The notes beneath the pieces were generated by a model. The model had not been told where the DNA came from and made no database searches. It worked only from the letters and a program-made list of their open reading frames with translations. From the NCBI GenBank assembly GCA_964234715.1, contig OZ174276.1: a stretch of DNA of 64,000 nucleotides. The stretch is one strand, 5' to 3'. Position 1 is the stretch's first letter, and every line of letters starts with the position of its first letter. Below, piece after piece: positions 32,101-45,643 of this stretch. The stretch is from Podarcis melisellensis. Lineage: Eukaryota. The position numbers and the translations under genes are program-made.

Positions 32101-35100
32101 GTGGAGGAATTTGGAAAGCTCAGCAATGCTGAAAAAAAGGGGAAAGATTACATAAGTTATCTGCTGTGATTTCGCTGCCTGCACCGGGGTCAAGATGCTC
32201 TCTTTTGAGTGTATAGGATGGTGCATATGGGTGTGTGTGTATGGGTGCAAAAAGGAATCTGCCCTTGTGTGTGGCTGCTGCCTGCAGTATTAATGATGGG
32301 TCAATGTTTTAAAGATGATGGGATCAGACAAAGAGGATTAGCGGGACCCCGGAATAGCTGCGATCCTCTTCAGCGCCTGACAGATTCAGTTTTAAATGGT
32401 GTAATCTGCTGCAATGATTTGAAATAGAACACTCTGGAGGTGAGGGAGAAGGGCAGCCTTTAGGAATCTGCAACTCCTTGTCATTTGTAGGTGATGGCTT
32501 GAGATCAACTTCTTTTTGGTGCAGAGATCTTTGCTGTGTTGAGTGGGTGTTGCTGCTGTGAAGGGAGAACCGTAGTTCACATGGGCTGAATTTTCTGGTG
32601 CTAAAATAAATGCATGGGAATTAAGGCTGGGCTCCTGCCTCCCCTCCATCCGTGTAGGAGGCAACTCCCCTTTACAGCACTGAGGACACTCTTGTTTCTC
32701 TCCAGGGCATGCAAAGCCACAGAAAGGCACTTAGATGTGCCACTATTTCCTCTTGTTGGCCTAAGTTGGGGTGTGGGAGGCATCATCCAAATGGCTAGCA
32801 AATTCTTTTCAGCATGGTGGAAATCTAGTGGCGCTATAATGATATTGTGGGATGGGGGAAGAAGGAAAAAAAGATTTTGTTGCCACGTCTCATGTCTTAA
32901 AAAATATAAATTTAGGAACTCATGCCAGCAATTGTTTGAAGACTTGCTTTTTTATTCTCAATATGTATGAAACACTTTGCATGTGCTCAGAGGCTTATTT
33001 CTTTGCTGTTACTCTACACATTGCCATGTCCCCCCCCCCCAGCCTTGCTGGTGAAATCTATGGCTTGAAGCCATGACAACAGAGTCCTCTTGCAGAGGCG
33101 GGGGGGGAAAGGACCAATATGTATGAACTGTTGAGGTTGAGGCAACAGAAAGCAAAATTAGCTCATTTAGCAGCTCCAGCCAAGAGAGACCCTGCCCCAG
33201 CCTATGCACCACCTGGACCAGAGCTCTTTCACTTTGTCTGCTTGTATTGGTCATGTCAGCTGGCTGCATAGCAAAGGCTTGAGCGTGGGGCCTAACGCCA
33301 ATGGGGTAAGGCAGGATAGCTTTAAGAAGGAGAAGAGTATTTCAAATGAATGTTGATGCTGTTTTATGTAGCATTTCTCAGGGAATAAAGCATTTGTTCC
33401 CTCTTTAACTCTCATAACGTCTCATAATGCTCCGGGAAGTCTTATTCTGTAATCTTACATGGGTGGGGCTAACAGTGATACCCTTAGCGGTTGAAGCACT
33501 TTGCACGTGCTCAGAGGCATATTTCCTTGCTGTTGCTTTACTGCTTACATTACATCTGATCCCGCACAATGGGTGACACTTGAGATATATGGCTGGGAAT
33601 GTGATCTCTGCTTCGTGCCCATGTGATGAGGCGACAGCACAGCAAGGAGATAAATTACAACCTCCAGATCAACTAATTATTGCAAGACCTGGGGGCTGTT
33701 TCTGTGATAAGTTAATGCTGGTACCCCAAAGAATTCTGCTTCTATTCATTGCAAGCAAACACTCAAAGATCTAAAACTGGTACGTACTTGGAAGCTAAAT
33801 GTTTGCCCAGTCATACTATGCCATATTCTCTTTCGGGAAAGCCTAGCCAGGCCTCTGAGTCATGCAGGCATGGAATCAATAATTGATCATTTGTAGTTAA
33901 GTATAGAGCTGCCCTTAGGGCCCCACCCCTTTGACATAAACTTTTTCTTTTAGTGTACATTCTGAGGCCCTGAAATGTAATGGAATTGTTGTTTTTAAAA
34001 ATGTGTGCTGCATCTGCCAATGACCTATCCTTTAACATTATCTCTTCTAGTTTTAGGTGCTTAGTCCTAGGTGGTTAGATTTTATTGTGCCTTGTTTTGA
34101 GAGGATGGGTTTGGGGACTCCCCTGAATAATTTTTTTTGGGGGGGAAGAGAGCTCATGGGGGCAGAAGAGGAAACAGAAGTGCAATTGTGCCAACAGAAC
34201 TCTGCTTTGAATACAAGCCTAAGTGTTTTAATAATTTCTGTATTTATTAAACTTCTATACTGCCCTCTGTCCTGAAGATCTAGGGAGGTTTACAGACACC
34301 CCAACACACAATTAAAATGATGATATTATCAAACCCACCAACTTAAAATGACATACAGCATCAGATATATTACTCCCATAGCTGTGCTGTTTGTTTTAAA
34401 ATGGAAAGGCAGGGCAAAATTGCTTTTTATTGGAGCAACTCTGATGAAAAGTTACACGGCTCAGGTACGTCCAACAAGGCTGCATGTTGAAACATTCAAA
34501 AGGAATGTTGAAAGGCTTAGTTAAACTGTGAAATTTTCTGGCCACTGGTTTGGATGGCTTTAAAAGAAGATTAGACAAATTAATGTAAAAGCTACTAGCT
34601 GTGATGGCTATGATCTGCCTCTACATTGCTGGGAATTGCAAGAGGTGACATCCTCAGTCACAAAGAGCTGTAGCCAAGGAGAGAGAGTGTAACAATGAGC
34701 CATAGATGATGCACTAAGCCAAGCCTTGCTTTAGCTCAGGGTAGCACAGGAGTAAAAAGTGTGAAGAAGAGCAAAGCAGCTGTGAGCCTCTCTCCAGAAG
34801 CCCACAAATGGTGCTGGTAAGCCAAGGTTTGAGGTTGTATAAACCATGTCATAACCATGTTTTCAACACCCACCCCAGGAACAGCCCAAGTTTTGGGAAA
34901 CAGCTAATACCAATGTACCAAAATAGCCAGTGTAGTGTCCTCTATATGTTGTTGGACTACAGCTCCCACCAACCTTAACCATTAGCCATGCTGGCTGGGG
35001 CTGATGGGAGATGAAGTCCAACCAGTAGCAGTAGGTGGGGCTGCACTGCTGCTGTTGGTTACCAAGAGGGGGAAGAGGCAAGTGAGCAGGGAGTTCAGGT

Positions 35101-37441
35101 TCTGTGTTGGGAGCATTGGATTGGCTCCGGTGCTGCACCAACACTGTACTGCACTCCTCACTGTCCGCCCTCTTGACAACTGGCAGTCTTACGCAGTGTT
35201 GGGAAGCCAGGCCAGCAGTACAGCCCCATCTGCATCTGTTTCTGAATCCAAAGGTTAGGAAACTGTACTAGATGTTTTGAATGAGCAGCTCGTTGTTTAT
35301 TGCAAACCATCATTCTGCTCACAAATATGGCAAAGCTGCTTATAATTCCTCAGTGGTGAAGGGAAAGCACTGCAGAGGGTGAACGTTTCTCTCATCTTTC
35401 CTATTATTTTATAAATTCCAGCCCCAGAAAACAGATTGTTTGAAAGAACCTGGTTTAAATGAAGCCCAAGAGTTTAGCCAGTACTACTAACTTGGTTGGA
35501 CTTTTATGGTATGTGAAACCGGGGGCGGAGATGCTGCAGGATTAATTGATGCAATCCTTTATCACAGGGGCAGGGAGCCTTTAGAATTACAGATGTTATT
35601 AGACTACAGTTGCCATCAGCCCAGACCAGCACAGGCAATGATGAGAGCTGTAGTCCAACAACATCTGATGGGACACAAATTCCCCAACCCTGCTCTAAGA
35701 CTTGGAGCATGTTCACATTCCCACCTTATAGCACAGTGAAGCTGTTTTCTATGCATTTCACAGCTCCCCCCCCCATCTGTTCACATAAGCATGGTTTCAA
35801 TTCAGTTGTCTGTGTATGCACCAGGGAGTGCTGAGGACACAGATGTTGTTACCCTAAGCAGAGGTGCTCACACCTTGGCTGGAGTCTAAGGACGCCTGGC
35901 AGTATGATGCTTGTTTGACATAGAACAGTAGTAGCTCTTAAGAAAGTACAGGATACTTAAGCATTTTGGACAAGGTCATGTAAATCCAGCACTGGAAGCA
36001 AAGCCAGTGCATAGTAAATGGGAATGTGAACACAGCCTAAGTTTTATTGGTTTCTTCTCCCTCCCTTCTCCTTTTATCATATAGCTTTAGTTCTGTTAAA
36101 TGCTCCAAGGCTGAAGAACTAAATGCCCTTGAAAAGGATGATACAGTTTCAGTGTTCCTCTACAGCTGCTATATTGAAAGGGAAGCTTAAACTGGAGATT
36201 TGTAGTATTCATGTCACACATATTTGTTCACATGGGTGAACTAATTAAAAACATTGGCAAAGGTTACGCACTGATCCATGCTTAGACTGCAGTCCTATAG
36301 CTTACCTGAGAACACTGCCTTTACCCATTGGCTCTCCTGCTGGTGTTTTTTTGTTATTTAATAAATTTTTGTTCCCTGAATAATCAAGATACAGGCAATA
36401 CAGAGCTTTATAGCTCAATTCTTGAATTAGCTGTGAAAGAGATGTGAAACAGTTCAGATGTTTCAGCTGGTGTAATATGACCATGCTAACCCATCTCTGT
36501 TAACAGTTGGGCAGCAGCCGTCTGCACTAGCTGACGTTTCTACGTGGACATCTCTGCATAAAACACATCACAGTAATCTGATCTAGAAGTAACTGAAGCA
36601 TGAATGTCTTCCAGCAGTGTCCGCAGTGGGTGTCTCAACCAAAACTAATCAAAGGCATTATAGGTCACAGGGATTCTCAGTGTAATGTCAAGTACTGAAG
36701 TTTGCCTAAGCTTCAAAGTGAATCTTTAGGAACAGTACGATTCTAACCAAAGCAATTTAACCTGCCCACAGGTGTCTCACTCCCCAAATGTTACCAACTC
36801 TGTCTAATCTGGATTCACTGTGTTCTCTTTCATCCAGTCCATCACTGATCCTAGATGCTAATTCAGGGCACCACGGTCTTTGTGGGAGTTGCTAGAAGGG
36901 TGAGATAAAGGTGTGGGGCAGGTAAGGACATGTAAGGTAAGGACAATTGGGAGCTTGCTGATTAGACAGTGATCCCCACAGGGATTGGCAACACTAAGAG
37001 GTTCCCCACTGGTAACTCCCTAGTAGAGTTGAGGGGGCTCATTGTCCACAAGCCCCTTTGAAGATGAGCTTTCATTGGCAATCTGCCTTCATATAGCCAT
37101 GCTCTCTCTGCTTGCAGCAGGTATGGTTTGGATGCAAACCATGTGTGCAAATGGACTTCAAATGTCCTCACTGTGACCACAATTATAGTAAGACCCTTTT
37201 GAACTCTGACAGGTGGCCAGGTCTGCGTACCTGTCAGTCATGTGATATCCTTATGACATGTGATTGCCACCCACGAAAGTGGATTTGAGGCTGTTTTCCT
37301 CTTTTGCCACAAATCTACTTCGGAAGCAAAAAGGAGGTATTTGAATGTTTGCAGTAAGGAAAGTGATGGGGAAATGCACTGGTAAGTATGGGATAACAAT
37401 TGACTTGATGCAACATCATTTAACCCTCTTCAAACAAATGA

Positions 37442-37615
37442 AAATGAATGCTTCTGAAGGCAACCCTGTTTAGGGAAGTTTTTAATGTTTGATGTTTTAT
37501 TGTGTTTTTAATATTCTGTTGGGAGCTGCCCAGAGTGGCTGGGGAAATCCAGCCAGATGGGCGGGGTATAAATAATATATATTATTATTTTTATTATTAT
37601 TATTATTACTATTAC
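37442..37615 (+). mobile_element. L2 LINE 3' tail
   Basis: ctgaaggca.ccctgtttagggaag...gctgcccagagtggctgggg...gatgggcggggtataaat(att)n. Confidence 0.75.
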
Positions 37616-40600
37616 TTGCCAGAAGGGAGAGGAACAAGGTGGTGGTGCAAACACACCAGAAGGAGCTCTGCTGATGCCTTTGCACTGCACCAACCTCCCT
37701 GCTGCCTCCTCCACTTCCTCCAATTAAGCAACTGTGACCCATTTGCTGGGAAGCTAGTGTAGCTGTCCACCCCACCCGGCAAGCCACTTCTAATTGGGTC
37801 GCTTATTAGTTTAATGCTGTATATGTTTTAACTGATTACATCAGAAACGGTAAGCTGCCTTGGGGAAAATATAGTATTTTGAAAGGTGGCTCAGAAATTT
37901 CTTAAATAAATAAGAAACTCCAGGGGAACTTTCTCACTGCAATTCTAAAAGCTACAACCATTTCTAAATTTGAAATCAGCCTTTCTGTCTCTTTATTCAA
38001 GTAAAGATTTATATGCTAATATATGGATAGAATAAAAAGTAATAATGTCCACTGCGTGGTAATCATTGATGATCCCAATAGTTTCTCATTCACATATGAA
38101 TAACAGGAATCTTCTGTATTTCTGATAATACTGTAGCTTAAAGTTGGACTTTGATTATCCTTTCTTTCCACTAGGGGGAACTGCGTTCTGCAGCTTGGAT
38201 TGGTGCAAGCTCCCTTGAGTTTTCCACAGTAATCTTTTGCAGACTTTACCCAACTGCCCCATCAGTTTCCCTAGACACTGGTTTACGGACCCGGCCCAGC
38301 TGAGCAGGTTCCTAATACTGAATTTTAATTAAAAAGCAGCTACAGGGATTAATCGCCAAAAAAGTTTTCGTAGCACCACAGTCCCTTAGCTGGAGTCTTA
38401 AGCTATTGCCATAATTATTATTTGCCCCCTGTTTCTTACTGTTCTCATTATTAACTTGTGATGTATATTGAGATTCTCAAGGAAGACTGGGATTAAAGTA
38501 TAATAATAACAGTATTAGTAAGAACCATAGTAACGCTTCCAAATCCTTGTTATGGGCAGGAGAACTTTTATTCTTGTCTCTCTCCTCTCACCAAACACAT
38601 ATGAACAGGGACGCACACAAAAATTATTTGCATAAGTTGAGCTGCTAAAGCCTAAACTGTTTTTGTTGAATTAGTAAACATTCATGTTTTTAAATGCCCT
38701 TTATAAGAAATCACCATTGGAACAGTGTTTTTGTGTGTTTTGGTAAAAGGTTTACAGAGAATATTGTTCCTTACATGACTCAGTGTCCTCTTTATAAGAA
38801 TCTTTGTGAAAAGTATTTGAGTTTAGTCCTACAACATTCTTTCTTAAAGCATTTATATAGTTTTTGATGTTGAGAATGAAAACTATGTTACTTTGTGTGT
38901 TTCCTTTTGTGCTGGCCAGGAAATTAAGAGCCCAATTTGTTACTTCAAGTCTGAATGCTCCTTTTGTTTTTGTTATGGCTTACAGCTAAACAATAAGCTT
39001 GTTACTACTTCTTACTTGAGAGTAAGTCTCAGTGAACTCTGTGGGACTTACTTCTTCTGAAGGATGTATAGGACAGCACTGTTAATGGTTTACTACTTGG
39101 TCTACAATGACAGGATGTTACTGGAGCCTCCACACCTGGTACTGTTGTGGATTTTATTTATTTAATAGTTTTTATACCATCTTTCAAAATACATTTCTGA
39201 AGCAGCATATATGATATAAAACTACTACCATTAAAATATATAATAAAAGAAATAAAAATGATAAATGCAAAGTAAAAAAATAAAATCAACAGTAGAGGAG
39301 TGGAAAAAGAAGTGTTAGCAGATTCAGTTTTTGAAAGCACAACAGAAAAAAATTCTGATGGTTGTGCAAAGGGAGCAAAACATTGTTAGCCTCTGCTACA
39401 CACCCACACCCTAGAAAACATCAGAACGAGAACCCATTGAAAATTCATTTTAAGCCAGTGCTGGCGGGGGTGGGTGGATGACTGCTCTGAAAATACATGG
39501 GCATCAATTAGTGGTTCTGGCAACATGAGGCCTGAGGACTGTGTCAAAATGGCACATTATATTTTCTATTAGTGGTGTTACTGCCAGAAACAATGAGATG
39601 TCAAGGGATGGCTGGTTTGGGAGTTGTAGATAGAGGGCAGGATTTAATAGGATTTTGTTCTCATTGTGGTGGTGCTTAGTAGTGCTAACATCCTGAGGAG
39701 ATAATATTGAAGTTGTGAAGGAAATACCTCCGAAGGTTTCCAGCTAACAGACAAGCAACAAGCCCAAATTCATATTTTTCCAGATACCAAAATTTCCCTA
39801 TTAAGAAGGTTATTTGGAAGACCAAATGCAAAGTGTGTTTCTGCTTAACACACACACACACACACACATCATCCCTAACATGAATTTATATTCATAATGC
39901 CAGGGATTCCTTATAAAGGGTATCTTAATATAGTACTCAGTGATGCAGTCATCAGAATTAAGTGTTGGTAAAGTCCCACCTCAGCTCTGTGGGATTTGGG
40001 GGGGCATGTGTCTTTGGCTCTACAGCAAAAGAAGGCAGGTGGTTTAGTAGTTTGGATTGTGGCCACTTCCCTCCTCACCTGAAATAAAACATTCCTTTAA
40101 AACCAGATCTGTGCATGTTCAGGGGTACTGTATACCTTGATATGATTGGAGGCAACACCATTTGGTGCTCTGCCTCGGGCAACAGGAACATAGGAAGCTC
40201 CCTTTAATTCATCCGGTTCAGTGTTGCCTGCACTGACTTGGAAGCAGCTGTCCAGGGTTTCAGACCCCTTCTCCAGGGGTCTTTCCTAGCCCTACCTGGA
40301 GATGCTGGAGACTGAACATGGGACGTTCTGCAAACAAAGCAGATACTCCATCACTGAGCTATGGCGGTTCCCTAGATAAGTTTTGGGCAGCGCTGCTCCA
40401 CTACAGCAGCACATTGCAGAAGAAGATTAGTAGCAGTGGGGTGGGCAGGCTGCTTTTCAACTAATTTGTCATTACTGATTTTTATCACTGGGAACCCTTG
40501 AAAAGCTTCTAGAAAACCCCAAGGTTTCCTTTAACACAGATATAAGCCGGCTAATTTGCATCATTACTCTCCTATCATTTGTATCTTCCTCTTTTTTCTT

Positions 40601-41844
40601 TTCTTAAACCTTGCAAGAGGCATTTACTCTCCTGTCTGCTTGGTTTTCATAGACAGCTTCATGCGTGTGGGACTCATGGAAATACATTTTCTAAACCACA
40701 TGCTTGCCCTTCTCTCTCTGCGCCCTCCCCCCCCCACCCCAAGCTAGGCTTGAATAATGAAAATAGAGGCCCAGCTTAGGAGACAGATGGCAAAACTGAA
40801 TTAACTGAATATCCACGGAAAGAGTAACTGATTTGAACTCATGCCAAAGGCAAGGAATTCAACTATGTTGCAGTGGAATGGGAACAACATACATTATATC
40901 ACTGTGTTGTTGCTTCAGCCACAAAACAGGTGGAATTTGCTGCTGCAAGTTCCCTTGTACGCACATTCCTGAGTGGCTATGCAAAGTTTGTGATTAAATT
41001 TAATTGAATTTCAACAGTAATATAATGCAGAACAGAAGTAAAAATTGCTGACTTTCAATGCATTCACATTTTTACTGTTTGAGTTGGTTTAAATTAATTT
41101 GAGTCCAGATTGAGGTAGGTTAGGCTGAGACACAGTGAATGGCCCAGGAGTCACCCAGTGAGCTTCACGGCCAAGTGAGGATTTGAACCCTGGTCTCCCA
41201 GGTGCTAGTCTGACTTGCTCTTGTTACGTAAAGCATGATGTTGGAGAGTGGTTTTATGTAGTGACAAAGTTAGCATCTTTTAAGATGAAATGTAGGGTGG
41301 TACATATTAGCATTCTCTATCTTGTATGCAAACACATAAACCCACAAAAAGCAAGTAGCAAGCCAGCCATGAATCTATTTCTACAGCAGAAGTTTAGAAT
41401 AAAGCTGATTACTTTTAAGTTCCTGGCTGGCGTCTGGTTCCATGATGACGGCATCTCCACCAGCACCTTGAGAGATCTAACAATAATAGTTGTTGCTGTT
41501 GCAGGACTGAGGCTACAAGAGCCAACCATCGCTTGCAATCTGCACCTGCTCTTGTTTCAACAGCACTGCTGAATTTGTGCTGATTATGCCAAAACCCAGG
41601 AAAAACTTAAAAAGCACCTTCTATTACTGTCAGTATAAGGGATGGCAGGGTCGCTTGAGGTTAGGGGCTCACACTTCTCTTCGTAGCATTTGGGATGTTT
41701 TGTTCCTCCACTTATTTAAAAGAGGAGGCTTTGTGGAAATTTCTTGTGACACAGGTCTCCAGTTCACTGGTCTGTTGACCTCCAGATATGCACACTGCTA
41801 TGGTTTTCCTCGTTGTAGATGTCTTTTACACATGCAGGACTGTA

Positions 41845-42067
41845 CAGTGGTACCTCAGGTTACATACGCTTCAGGTTACAGAGTCCGCTAACCCAGAAAT
41901 ATTACCTTGGGTTAAGAACTTTGCTTCAGGATGAGAACAGAAATCGTGCCCCGGCGGCGCAGCAGCAGGAGGCCCCATTAGCTAAAGTGGTGCTTCAGTT
42001 TAAGAACAGTTTCAGGTTAAGAACAGACCTCCAGAACGAATTAAATTCTTAACCCATGGTACCACTG
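41845..42067. mobile_element. Tc1/mariner MITE, copy 4
   Basis: TIRs and flanking TA. Confidence 0.85.
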
Positions 42068-42559
42068 TACACACTAACTTTGATGATTTGGGGGACAGTA
42101 TGAAAATGTGTAATATTGTTTTTCCTATGCTCAGTGGGCAACATATTTCCTTAGTGTGAGGCTACCACTGGGTTGTCTAGCCCTATGTAATAAGAGACAA
42201 AACTTCCACAAAATGCACCCTTGCCACAAAGCACCTTGAAAACAAATATGCTTGCTAAAGAGGCATGTTCAGATGATCAAGTATTTTTGCCACACTGGAT
42301 TGGGGCCCAAGTATTTAAAAGACCTTGTTTAGCCTCCTGTATGGTTGCAACATTTTTGAGTAATTCCTTCCATTGCTGAAACCCAATATGTCATGTTCGT
42401 TCCCTCCCTCCTTTCTCTTCTCTTGTGTGGGCCAGTAGGTTCTGCTTGACACTGCTTGATGCACTATGTTCCTTCACAAAGAACACAAAATAAGGCAGGC
42501 AAATACAGTCCAACTCAGTTTGCTTTTCTGAGAGCTGGTCTTTATTATATATTCTCTAG

Positions 42560-42943
42560 ACCAGGGCCTCCCAAGCTTTCCATGGTATATGGAATATATA
42601 GATTTTTTTAAGATTTGCCTTGAGACAGACTTTAAACCTCTTTTGTTGACCACCAACATTACGCTTTCCATTTTTAAGTTTGGAATAGAGTAGTTGCTTT
42701 GGAAGATGATAATCAAAGTCCATGTCATGGACTTTGAAGACACTCAAACTCAGAATGCAAGGGAGAAATGTGCTAAGAGGAAGGCACGCTTGGCAAATCC
42801 ACACTGTGATCAACTCCCGCCCAGGAACCAATGTCCCCACAGTGGAATGACATGTGGGTCCAGAATTGGCTACTTGTTAAAACCATGTTTATGGAAGACA
42901 ATCTTACTCAGCTACAAGTTATCACTGAAGAAGAAAAAGAAGA
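42560..42943 (+). mobile_element. RTE-clade LINE 3' end with inverted 5' segment
   Basis: Minus strand 42560-42712 encodes DYHLPKQLLYSKLKNGKRNVGGQQKRFK..LKANLKK. Plus strand from 42726 encodes MDFEDTQTQNAREK..KRKARL..QCPH.G.TCGSRIG, then (AAG)n tail. Confidence 0.8.
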
Positions 42944-45295
42944 TAGCACCCTGAACACAAATCTGGTTTCAGGGCAGTTTACAAAGCTAGTTTACTAGAT
43001 TGGTAGTAAACTAGTAAAACAGATTTTTTTAGTAGACTCTGTCTTTCCGAAATTATTTTGCAGATTTCAGGTTATCTAGGTGTTTGTTTTAATGTATGTC
43101 TAGGTAGGAAACATAAATTATTTGCTGCATTTGTGAAGGCATTTAGTTTCATAATTGGCCTTCCTAGTATACTTGTTGACAAAACAGAGGCGAAAGAAGA
43201 TCTTGTTACAACCTTGAAACAAACACACACACATTCTCTCTCACTCACACACGCACGCGCGCACGCACACACACACACACACACAGACAGACTTAAAACT
43301 ATGAACCTCCGGATTGAGTGAACGAAAATAACCTCTTCGCTGCACTTGAGTGTAATGCTTAAGCCCTAATTTTATTTTCTTCTGAAAGGATTTTTTGTTG
43401 TCCATTGACAGCAGCTTTATTCTGGCAGGATTTTTTCAGCCAACTATCTGAATAATAATAATGTTTAAAAAAGTCCTTTCAGTTCACAGGCTGCTGAGGG
43501 TGGTGTGATACTGTGATCTGCCAACACCAATTCAGGCTTGTGTTTCATTCAGAGAAGCTATTTGCATATCCTCTGTTCCCCCTGTTTGCTCAAACACGTC
43601 TGAAAAAGCAAAGTTCTCAGCCATTGAGGTTGAAGAATGAGCCGTCTGGTAACTTAGCTGAGCTTTAATACTTCCCATACTTGTTACTTGTTTTACCATA
43701 GAGGGGAGTTCTGAGGTATCGGTTAAATTCATAACAACTCTCAAGAAATTATTTTCGAAAAGGAGAAAGAAAAGCAGCATTCAACAGATGGGAAAAGAGA
43801 GGGATGTACCTCTGTCTAAAGGCCAGCTAATTGGCAAACCATTTGCACAAACTAAAAATTTGTAAAAAAAAAAATACTGTTTGTACCATATTAGAATTAG
43901 TCTGCAAAGTGAAAATGATTGTTGGTTCTAGGGTCAGGATGGATCAACAAAAGGAAATGCTTTTTCACGCAATGCAGAATAAACGTATGGAATTCCCTAC
44001 CATAGCATGTGGTGGTTTTAGACAAATTTGTGGATAAAGCTATGACCATGAACAGATAAGTAGAATCTCCATGCGTAGCGTAATATTCCACTGACATAGA
44101 GGTGCACCCAATGTTTTCCTGTGAACATTTTAGGCACAAAAAGGTGGTAGGGAGGAGTCCAATTCGTTTCCTGAAATACCCTCCAAAGTTTTCATGCAAC
44201 CAATCAGATTTGACTGTGTGATGACATCACTGAGGGCAAACAAAGCCAATTCAGAGTGAGAGCAGTACTTCCTGAATGTGTCTTGTTTCTTATTCAAGAA
44301 ATTGAATGCAAAATTGGAAATGTTTCTGAATCTTGAGCAGATTTCAGGTGAATCTTGTGAATATTCATTTCATTGATGGACTGCCCCATCCAGGTGTTTT
44401 CTTGGTCAGTTGCAGTATGAATATAACTACTTGTTATTAACATAGAGGGGGGATAGGTTTTACTGGCTGTGTATAGTGTTGGGGGCTTTTTTTAGGTGAG
44501 CCCCGTCTCCATCAAGATTCTCCTCCACCTCTTTTTGTGCCGTGTAGCATTCTTTTGTGTGGTTTTTGTATCCCTGATCAGACAAATCATAGAATTTTAT
44601 TGCTGGAAGGGAACCAAAGGATCATCTAGTCCAGGTCAACCTAATAATACTGGCCCACATGACTGCTCTATCTCAACATTTTGCAACACCCAGCAGAGCC
44701 ACAGAAAGAAGCCCCTGAATCTGGTGCTGCCTGGTTATAACAGCTCATAGAACTGAGCTGTTCGAAGACTCATGGAATAAGCTTCTTCCCCTTCAAAACA
44801 TTTAATTTGCATATGAGGCTGCTATTATCTGATTCCAAGCCTGTTTGTGCTGTCTGTAGGGTCAATGTAGTTCTTTAGGGACCCTGACATATTTCATGGT
44901 GGGGTGGAATACTGTTGTGATTGTTCACCTTTAGCCATGCCTTTTTGATACTATTTTTCCCTTGATTTGCTTCCATTTGAGCTCTGTTTCCCCTCCCCCT
45001 TGTTTCATTCAAAGGATTATGCACATCTTTTCTCCTTCATTGAGTGATCTCAGCTGCACACGTACAGAAATACTGGTGTGCATGCCCCAAATGGCAAAAG
45101 AGTCATGGGTGGGACAAAACACATGGCCCAGGTACATTCTGGAAAGCAGCAGAATAGCAATGGATGGCTCATTTGCTATGTAAGGCCCTGAATCTGGAAG
45201 CACCCTGTGTGTCTGTCAAGTGGTGCAAGTTAACAGTAAGGGGTCAGAATATAAACAGCGGTGCACAATACTTGTTGCCTTGCAAGCCAAGTATG

Positions 45296-45643
45296 GTAAA
45301 GGTAAAGGACCCCTGACAATTAAGTCCAGTCACAAACGACTCGGGGGGTGCGGCTCTCATCTCGCTTTACTGGCTGAGGGAGCTGACGTTTGTCCGCAGA
45401 CAGTTTTTCTGGGTCATGTGGCCAGCATGACTAAGCTGCTTCTGGTGAAACCAGAGCAGCGCACAGAAACACCGTTTACCTTCCCACCAGAGTGGTACCT
45501 ATTTATCTACTTGCACTTTGATGTGCTTTTGAACTGCTAGGTTGGCAGGAGCTGGGACCGAGCAACAGGAACTCAACTCTTCACGGAGATCCGATCGGCA
45601 AGCCCTAGGTTCAGTGATTTAGACCAAAGGACCACCTGCGTCC
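45296..45643 (-). mobile_element. Sauria SINE
   Basis: ggtaaaggtaaagg tail and conserved core. Flanked by direct repeat TTGCAAGCCAAGTAT. Confidence 0.88.
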
